From Vulcanimicrobiota bacterium (GTDB lineage: Bacteria; Vulcanimicrobiota; Vulcanimicrobiia; Vulcanimicrobiales; Vulcanimicrobiaceae): a stretch of 64,000 nt of DNA. Location: positions 178,600 through 242,599 of the forward strand of contig CAVZQC010000005.1 of assembly GCA_963777315.1 (NCBI GenBank), given 5' to 3'. This document shows, piece after piece, positions 57,800 through 64,000 of this stretch. A model generated the notes under the pieces. The model did not search any database. It saw only the letters and a list, made by a program, of their open reading frames with translations, and had not been told where the DNA came from. Position 1 is the stretch's first letter. Every line of letters starts with the position of its first letter. The translations under genes were made by a program, and so were the position numbers.

Positions 57800-57905
57800 G
57801 GCTACCGTCTTAGCGGGCCGCCCGCGCAAGCCTTGGTCGTAGCGGGGAGGGCATCGACCGTGGCAGAATAGCGCAGGCTTCCACAATTCGAAAGGATACC
57901 GACGA

Positions 57906-59183
57906 TTGCCAGTACTCGAAGAAAAGTCGCGTAGCGGCGATGTAAAAGATCGCGCCCTTGCGCAAGCAGGGAGGTCGCGCATCGCCTGGGCGGCCGGATA
58001 CATGCCCGTTCTGGCGCAGGTTCGCGAACGTTTTGCGCGGCAAAAGCCGCTCGCCGGCGTGCGCATCGGCGCCTGTCTGCACGTCACCACCGAAACGGCC
58101 AACCTCATGCTCGCGCTGCAGGCCGGCGGCGCCGAGATCGCCTTGTGCGCGAGCAATCCGCTTTCCACGCAAGACGACGCTGCGGCCGCGCTGTGCGAGT
58201 ACGGTATTCCGACCTTTGCGATCAAAGGCGAGGATCACGAAACGTACTATCGCCACATCGAGTCGGTGATCGCCACCAAACCGCACATGTCGATGGACGA
58301 CGGCTGCGATCTGGTCAACACGATCTACGGCAAGCACAAGGAACTGCTCGACGGCATGATCGGCGGCTGCGAGGAAACCACCACCGGCGTCATTCGACTC
58401 AAAGCGATGCAGAAGGACGGCGTGCTGCCGTATCCGGTCGTTGCCGTCAACAACGCTCTGACCAAGCACATGTTCGACAACCGTTACGGCACCGGTCAGT
58501 CGACGCTCGACGGGATCGTGCGCGCTACCAACGTGCTGCTCGCCGGACGAACGCTGGTGGTGGTCGGATACGGCTGGTGCGGGCGCGGCGTCGCGTCGCG
58601 CGCTTCGGGAATGGGCGCGCATGTGGTCGTCACCGAAATCGATCCGCGCAAAGCGCTCGAAGCGGTCATGGACGGGTATCGCGTCATGACGATGGACCAA
58701 GCGGTCCGAGAAGGCGACGTGTTCGTCACGGTAACGGGCAACTATCACGTCGTCGATGAACGCCACTTCAAAAACATGAAGGACGGTGCGATCGTCTGCA
58801 ACTCGGGCCACTTCAACGACGAGCTGAATCTGGAGTGCCTGCCGGGCATCAGCAAAGGCAAGAGCTCGCCGCGGGCTTTCGTCGAGCAGTACGAGCTGCA
58901 CGACGGCCGTAAGATTTGCATTCTGGCCGACGGGCGTCTGATCAATTTGGCCGCAGCCGAAGGTCATCCGGCATCGGTCATGGACATGTCCTTTGCGAAC
59001 CAGGCGATGTCGGCGGCGTACCTCGCGCAGAATCATTCGAGCCTTCAGAAGAAGGTCTACGACGTGCCCGAACACATCGACGAGGAAGTCGCCAAACTCA
59101 AGCTCGCTTCGATGAACGTCGAAATCGACACGCTGACGCCCCAGCAGACCGCGTACATGGCGTCATGGAGTGAAGGAACCTAA
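57906..59183 (+). CDS. ahcY: Adenosylhomocysteinase
   Basis: CLHVT, SNPLSTQD, EETTTG, KHMFDNRYGTGQS, GYGWCGRG, GHP. Confidence 0.96.
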   Translation: MPVLEEKSRSGDVKDRALAQAGRSRIAWAAGYMPVLAQVRERFARQKPLAGVRIGACLHVTTETANLMLALQAGGAEIALCASNPLSTQDDAAAALCEYGIPTFAIKGEDHETYYRHIESVIATKPHMSMDDGCDLVNTIYGKHKELLDGMIGGCEETTTGVIRLKAMQKDGVLPYPVVAVNNALTKHMFDNRYGTGQSTLDGIVRATNVLLAGRTLVVVGYGWCGRGVASRASGMGAHVVVTEIDPRKALEAVMDGYRVMTMDQAVREGDVFVTVTGNYHVVDERHFKNMKDGAIVCNSGHFNDELNLECLPGISKGKSSPRAFVEQYELHDGRKICILADGRLINLAAAEGHPASVMDMSFANQAMSAAYLAQNHSSLQKKVYDVPEHIDEEVAKLKLASMNVEIDTLTPQQTAYMASWSEGT

Positions 59184-59186
59184 AAC

Positions 59187-60407
59187 ATGGCGTATCGCCG
59201 GCTCTTTACCAGCGAATCGGTAACCGAAGGCCATCCCGACAAAGTCGCCGATCAGATTTCCGATGCAGTGCTGGACGCGATTCTCAAAGACGATCCGAAC
59301 GGCCGCGTGGCTTGCGAAACCTTCGCAATCACCGGCCAGATCCACATCGCCGGCGAGATCACGACTACGACGTACATCGACATCCCCCGAATCGTGCGCG
59401 AAGTCATCGAAGACATCGGCTACACCAAGTCGGCGGTGGGGTTCGATGCGGAAACTTGCGGCGTGAGCGTTTCGATCGACGAACAGTCGCCCGACATTGC
59501 GATGGGCGTGGACAAATCGCTCGAAGCCAAGGCCGGCGAGCACCCCGACGATGTGTTCGAACGCATCGGCGCGGGCGACCAGGGTATGATGTTCGGCTAC
59601 GCATGCCGCGAAACCGACGAGCTGATGCCCCTGCCGATCGTGCTTGCGCACAACCTTACGCGGCATTTGGCAGCGGTGCGCAAGAACGGCGACATTCCGT
59701 ACTTACGGCCCGACGGCAAATCGCAGGTCACGGTCGAATACCGGGACGACAAGCCGCTGCGCGTGGAGGCCGTCGTCATCTCCACCCAGCACGATCCGGA
59801 TATTCCGCTCGAAACGATCCGAACGGAAATAACCGAAAAGGTCATCAACCACGTCATTCCGGTATCGCTGCGTGATGCCGATACTCGGGTGTACGTCAAT
59901 CCGACGGGCCGCTTCGTCATCGGCGGACCCAAGGGCGATGCGGGGCTGACCGGTCGCAAAATCATCGCCGACACGTACGGCGGGATGGCGCGTCACGGCG
60001 GCGGCGCATTTTCCGGCAAGGATCCCACCAAGGTCGATCGGTCCGCAGCCTACGCCGCTCGGCACGTTGCCAAAAACGTCGTTGCGGCCGGACTTGCGGA
60101 TCGCTGCGAAGTTCAGGTCGCCTATGCCATCGGCATCGCGCATCCGATGAGCGTTCTGGTCGAAACGTTCGGAACGGCGAAAATCCCCGAAGAACGCATT
60201 GCGGAACTCGTGCAAAAGATCTTCGACCTGCGTCCGGCCGCGATCATCGAGCAGCTCGATTTACGCCGTCCCATCTACCGGCAAACCGCTGCATACGGAC
60301 ACTTCGGCCGTCCGGATTTGGACCTGCCGTGGGAGCGCTTGGACAAGGTCGAGGCACTGCGAGCCGCAGCCGGGACGCACGCGCTCAAGGTTCCCAACTT
60401 CACCTAA
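59187..60407 (+). CDS. metK: S-adenosylmethionine synthetase
   Basis: [28 protein letters not shown]. Confidence 0.97.
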   Translation: MAYRRLFTSESVTEGHPDKVADQISDAVLDAILKDDPNGRVACETFAITGQIHIAGEITTTTYIDIPRIVREVIEDIGYTKSAVGFDAETCGVSVSIDEQSPDIAMGVDKSLEAKAGEHPDDVFERIGAGDQGMMFGYACRETDELMPLPIVLAHNLTRHLAAVRKNGDIPYLRPDGKSQVTVEYRDDKPLRVEAVVISTQHDPDIPLETIRTEITEKVINHVIPVSLRDADTRVYVNPTGRFVIGGPKGDAGLTGRKIIADTYGGMARHGGGAFSGKDPTKVDRSAAYAARHVAKNVVAAGLADRCEVQVAYAIGIAHPMSVLVETFGTAKIPEERIAELVQKIFDLRPAAIIEQLDLRRPIYRQTAAYGHFGRPDLDLPWERLDKVEALRAAAGTHALKVPNFT

Positions 60408-60428
60408 CAAACTGAAGAGCGGCAGATG

Positions 60429-60458
60429 GGCCCGGATGCGAACGCATGCGGGCCTTTT
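60429..60458 (+). terminator. Rho-independent terminator after metK
   Basis: GGCCCG..ATGCG/CGCAT..CGGGCC stem followed by TTTT. Confidence 0.65.
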
Positions 60459-60524
60459 CGCGTTCTAGCATGTAGACATCCATGGGTACCATTGGGACCG
60501 GGTACCCGGTACAAAGGAGATTAC

Positions 60525-61118
60525 ATGAACCTTCGAAGCAGAATCCCCGCGCTGGCGATCATCATGGCATTCGTGCTGCCCGTGGCTGCGCTGGCACAAA
60601 CGGTGACGCTGCAGCAAGGCCAAAACCTCAACGTTCAGATGCAGGACACGCTCGACTCGGGAAGCGCCTACGCAGGCCAGCACTTCACCGTGCGCGTCGT
60701 TCCGCCGTTTCCGAACGACGATTCGACGTTCGCCAATGCCATTATCAACGGCACGGTCGTGAAGGTCGTGCAAGCGGGGCAAGGCCGCAATCCCGAATTG
60801 CACTTGGCTTGGGACTCGATCACCCTGCAAAACGGTGCGAGCTACCCGATCAATGCCGTGATGACGCAGGGCTCACCCAAACAGCAGAACCGTAACGGCG
60901 GACATGTTGCCCTCACGACGATTGGCGGCATGCTGCTGGGCAACGCCATCGGCAAGACGATTTTCCACACCAACGTCGGAGGCGCAGTCGGCGCTGCCGG
61001 CGGTTTCCTGGTGGGCTATAACAAGAAATCGAACATTACGCTCAAGCAGGGATCGAACATGGAGCTCACGCTCACGCGTCCGCTCATGGTGCGCCGTCAG
61101 GCCGGACGTCCGTACTAA
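60525..61118 (+). CDS. Exported glycine-zipper protein
   Basis: RBS AAGGAG; signal peptide; GGMLLGNAIG...GGAVGAAGG. Confidence 0.7.
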   Translation: MNLRSRIPALAIIMAFVLPVAALAQTVTLQQGQNLNVQMQDTLDSGSAYAGQHFTVRVVPPFPNDDSTFANAIINGTVVKVVQAGQGRNPELHLAWDSITLQNGASYPINAVMTQGSPKQQNRNGGHVALTTIGGMLLGNAIGKTIFHTNVGGAVGAAGGFLVGYNKKSNITLKQGSNMELTLTRPLMVRRQAGRPY

Positions 61119-61177
61119 ACGCTGTCGCTCTTTAGCAGAGCACGCACGGCTCTCAGCGCTGAGGGCCGTGCTGCTTT

Positions 61178-61663
61178 TTAATCCAGCGTAGGCGGACCCC
61201 ACAGCGGGTAGTCGATGCCCGTGCCCCGGTTGGCCGCCAACGCTATGAGCAGGAGCGTTGCGACGGCCAGCATCAGCCACGAGAAGTCGCCTACCGTCGG
61301 CAGCACGCCGAGGGCGACGATCAGCGTCGTTGCACCGGCCGGCGCGTGTTCGCAGTGCAGCAGGCGCATGAGCAGCGCCGTAAGCGCGAGCGCGACCGCC
61401 GCGGCCAGGGTACGGTGAAAGTTGACGTGCGGCGAGAACGGAATGCCCAGCTCTCCTGAAGCCCAGAGCGCAAAATAGCCGCAGCCCGCCCCGATGGCAT
61501 GCCCGAACAGAACGTTTCGCGGCGCAGACGTCCGCTCGAGGGGATAGCCGAAGATGAGGATCGCGGTGGGGCCGAGCGACGGAAAGATGTACGGCCGATT
61601 GGTGACCACCGCGATCGCACCGGTCACCAACATCGCCACGAAACTCAGCACGGCCGGCCGCAT
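61178..61663 (-). CDS. HPP-family membrane protein
   Basis: FPSLGPTA, PRNVLFGH, HAPAGAT. Confidence 0.85.
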   Translation of the reverse strand: MRPAVLSFVAMLVTGAIAVVTNRPYIFPSLGPTAILIFGYPLERTSAPRNVLFGHAIGAGCGYFALWASGELGIPFSPHVNFHRTLAAAVALALTALLMRLLHCEHAPAGATTLIVALGVLPTVGDFSWLMLAVATLLLIALAANRGTGIDYPLWGPPTLD

Positions 61664-61768
61664 CGATCCACCTTCGCGAACGAATATAACGATACTTTTG
61701 CACTCCGGGCTTGAGGCCGACAAGGACCGCTGCCCGGGATGGCCAAATAGCGGGTCGTTCGCGACCGT

Positions 61769-61844
61769 TCCGGATTAGCTCAGTTGGTAGAGCAGCTGAC
61801 TGTTAATCAGCGGGTCGCTGGTTCGAGTCCAGCATCCGGAGCCA
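61769..61844 (+). tRNA. trnN: tRNA-Asn(GUU)
   Basis: 76-nt cloverleaf; anticodon arm GCTGA-CTGTTAA-TCAGC; encoded CCA. Confidence 0.96.
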
Positions 61845-61886
61845 TGAAAAGAGAAAGCCGCCCTACGGGTGGCTTTCTCTTTTCAT
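61845..61886 (+). terminator. Terminator hairpin after tRNA-Asn
   Basis: GAAAAGAGAAAGCCGCCC / GGGTGGCTTTCTCTTTTC. Confidence 0.75.
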
Positions 61887-62224
61887 CACTCCTCGACGCG
61901 TGACGAGAACCGCCATCCTGAGCAGCACCGCTGTGTGCGGCGCGTGTCGAAGGGTCATGGCTCGACAAGCTCACCATGTCAAAATAGAACCATCTGGCAC
62001 GAGCAGCGCGGACCGCAATCCTTGTCACCGCTGAGCAGCCCGCAGCACCGCGCACCTGCGGCGTTGATTGTTCTCTCTTGCGAACCGCCGATGCCGTTAT
62101 GAGCGCCGCAATGGCAATTCCGCGGACAGCCTGGGCCGCTTGCTGAGAGGCTCGCCGCGTATTTTTTGAAGGTGGACACCAGCTTGACTTAAATAATGCA
62201 CTAGTTTAGGAAAGGCGTTTCTGC

Positions 62225-63325
62225 ATGAAGTTCGCCACTCGATACGCCGCAGCGGCCTGTTGCCTTTTATTTGGTGCATGCTCCGGTTCTTCCGGACAAT
62301 ACGCGGTACCTTATGCCGCTGGAATACCGCAAGGCTCACAAGGTGGATCGCGCCCAACGAGCGCACAGTACTCGATAACGTACCTCCCGGTGGACTCGGG
62401 CTGCACGGTTTCCGAGCCGCCAGTACTCGCGCAGAACGGCATTGTTGGCGTGAATGAAATTTGTGGCTCGAGCGGCCATCTCGTTGATTACGTGTACAAT
62501 CACGGAGTTATCACGCATCTCGATGCACAGTACGAGTACGTCGATGGCATAAACAGCAGCGATCACGCGCTCGTGCAGGGCTTGCACAGTAATTTTCTCA
62601 TTCTCGACGTCCGTGCCAATGTCGCGGTTCCTCTCCAGGGTACTATGTCAGTGGGGTCTGCGATTAACGATGCTGAATATGTCGCCGGAACTGTACAGCT
62701 GTGTGCTAACCCCAACCCTTTGAACTATTTACAATGCCCGCAAGCCGCCCGATTTAGCCCTGATGGGAGCTATCAAGTACTCTCACCGGAGAGCCATACG
62801 TTGGGAGCTTACATAAACGCCTCAGGCGCGGTGCTCGGGTGGAGTTCTGCTCCGACTCTCGACGCACTTATTTTTGAAAAAAATGGCACGGTGGACATTA
62901 ATAACACAATTCATGCGAGCCCCTCTCAACCGTACGGGTTGAACGATGAGGGTCATGCAATCATTACCGTAGGACCACCGTACTATTTGCAGCTGAAGAC
63001 GTATGTGTTCACCGGGAGCAGCACGCCCGTGCTCATTCCGCCACTGTATCCGAATCAACAGAACTATGTCGCTGGCATTAACGACCAGGATGACGTCGTA
63101 GGGTCAACATGCAAGATCAACGATCAAGCGCCCTGCGTGGGGTTCCTTTACAAAATGGGCGCAAACGGCCAGAGCAGTAGCGAGGTGGCGTTGACCACCG
63201 TTGCACCGGGGTATGTGGACGGCGCCCCTGTCGCCATTAACAATATAGGCGAAATTCTGGTAGAGACGCAGCACGCAGGCCAAACCGTTCCGGCGTTGCT
63301 CATACCGTTTGGTTGCGATCCGTAA
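62225..63325 (+). CDS. Lipoprotein with HAF-type extracellular repeats
   Basis: LFGAC lipobox; repeated GIN/AIN..G.V.G units; visibly more AT-rich than the core genes. Confidence 0.72.
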   Translation: MKFATRYAAAACCLLFGACSGSSGQYAVPYAAGIPQGSQGGSRPTSAQYSITYLPVDSGCTVSEPPVLAQNGIVGVNEICGSSGHLVDYVYNHGVITHLDAQYEYVDGINSSDHALVQGLHSNFLILDVRANVAVPLQGTMSVGSAINDAEYVAGTVQLCANPNPLNYLQCPQAARFSPDGSYQVLSPESHTLGAYINASGAVLGWSSAPTLDALIFEKNGTVDINNTIHASPSQPYGLNDEGHAIITVGPPYYLQLKTYVFTGSSTPVLIPPLYPNQQNYVAGINDQDDVVGSTCKINDQAPCVGFLYKMGANGQSSSEVALTTVAPGYVDGAPVAINNIGEILVETQHAGQTVPALLIPFGCDP

Positions 63326-64000
63326 TATGGGGCGTTTGGAAACGGCACCGCGGATCTGAACCCCTGACTGTTAAGAAATTGAACGTCTCCGCAAAGATGA
63401 AGCGCGAACTCGGGCTAGCGGCGCCTTCGACAATGCCAAGATAGCGCTACAGCGCATGTTTGCAGGCCGTAACCGTGACGCGCAGCTTCCCCGAATTCCG
63501 TATGCTCGCTCGCCATGCAGGTGGAGTCTGCTGCAGCGACCGTTGAGTCGGGTCGGAGGTCGTTGCGCCATCGTGCAGATGTTAGTGTTGCGTGGACGCG
63601 ACTACAGCGCGAAATGCGGAGTTATCGAAAAGAACGAGCGCGCAGTGGATCTTCCGATCGCGAACCGTGTGCCACTCAGCAGCCGATCTGCCACGAATCG
63701 CATCGGTCTACGAATCGGGTGAGGCTCAGATGGACCCTTCTCGGCTAAGCCGAAAGTGTCCACCAAACCGGATCAGCTTCAGTCAGCGCAAATCGCCGCC
63801 AAGACCGCATCTTCGGGGATTGCGCTGTTCGAGGAGCTGCGCAATCCCCCCATGTCGCTTGTTGAATTACTCGGCGGGGAAACCGGTGCAGTTCGCGCAG
63901 TTCCCGCGCGGTGAAATAATCCGGGTCGGAACTCGCAAACCCCGACTGAGTGGTTCGCGGCGCAACACTTCCATGCAATTCACGCGGCTTGACTTCTATC

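Noticed and set aside
57800..57905. SAM/SAH riboswitch upstream of ahcY-metK
   Set aside because: Short divergent intergenic region with no recognisable aptamer consensus.
1..64000. CRISPR array, rRNA, intact IS or integrase
   Set aside because: No regularly spaced repeats, rRNA sequence, or intact transposase/integrase seen.
63371..64000. Short ORFs at the window end
   Set aside because: No motifs, RBS or consistent codon bias; cannot be supported as genes.

Overview
GC-rich bacterial chromosomal segment. The organism is probably a diderm Terrabacteria member, plausibly Eremiobacterota/Vulcanimicrobiota; this is inferred from ymdB-spoVS occurring together with hldD, a TonB-dependent receptor and beta-propeller lipoproteins. 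In order, the window holds: a carbamoyltransferase/glycosyltransferase/sugar-nucleotide cluster (1-7964); a HigBA-like toxin-antitoxin pair next to a tRNA 3' remnant; a DNA-repair locus (LigC-like ligase, Prim-PolC/LigD-Pol, and an unusual degenerate-PrimPol + HTH + PD-(D/E)xK nuclease fusion); general-stress genes; tRNA-Leu(UAA) interrupted by a 235-nt group I intron and followed by a ~3.5 kb decayed islet; secreted hydrolases; etfBA; an ECF sigma/anti-sigma/RseB module; two HprK-like genes; a copper/redox cluster; ymdB-spoVS-PHP-M16; ahcY-metK; and tRNA-Asn. The most notable signal is in the copper cluster. Two paralogous His-containing membrane proteins both end in RPPP, and each overlaps a hairpin that hides the ribosome-binding site of the next gene (a TonB receptor and a Cyc2-like cytochrome-porin fusion). 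This suggests a doubled ribosome-stalling translational switch. All product calls come from motif recognition by eye, not from database searches.
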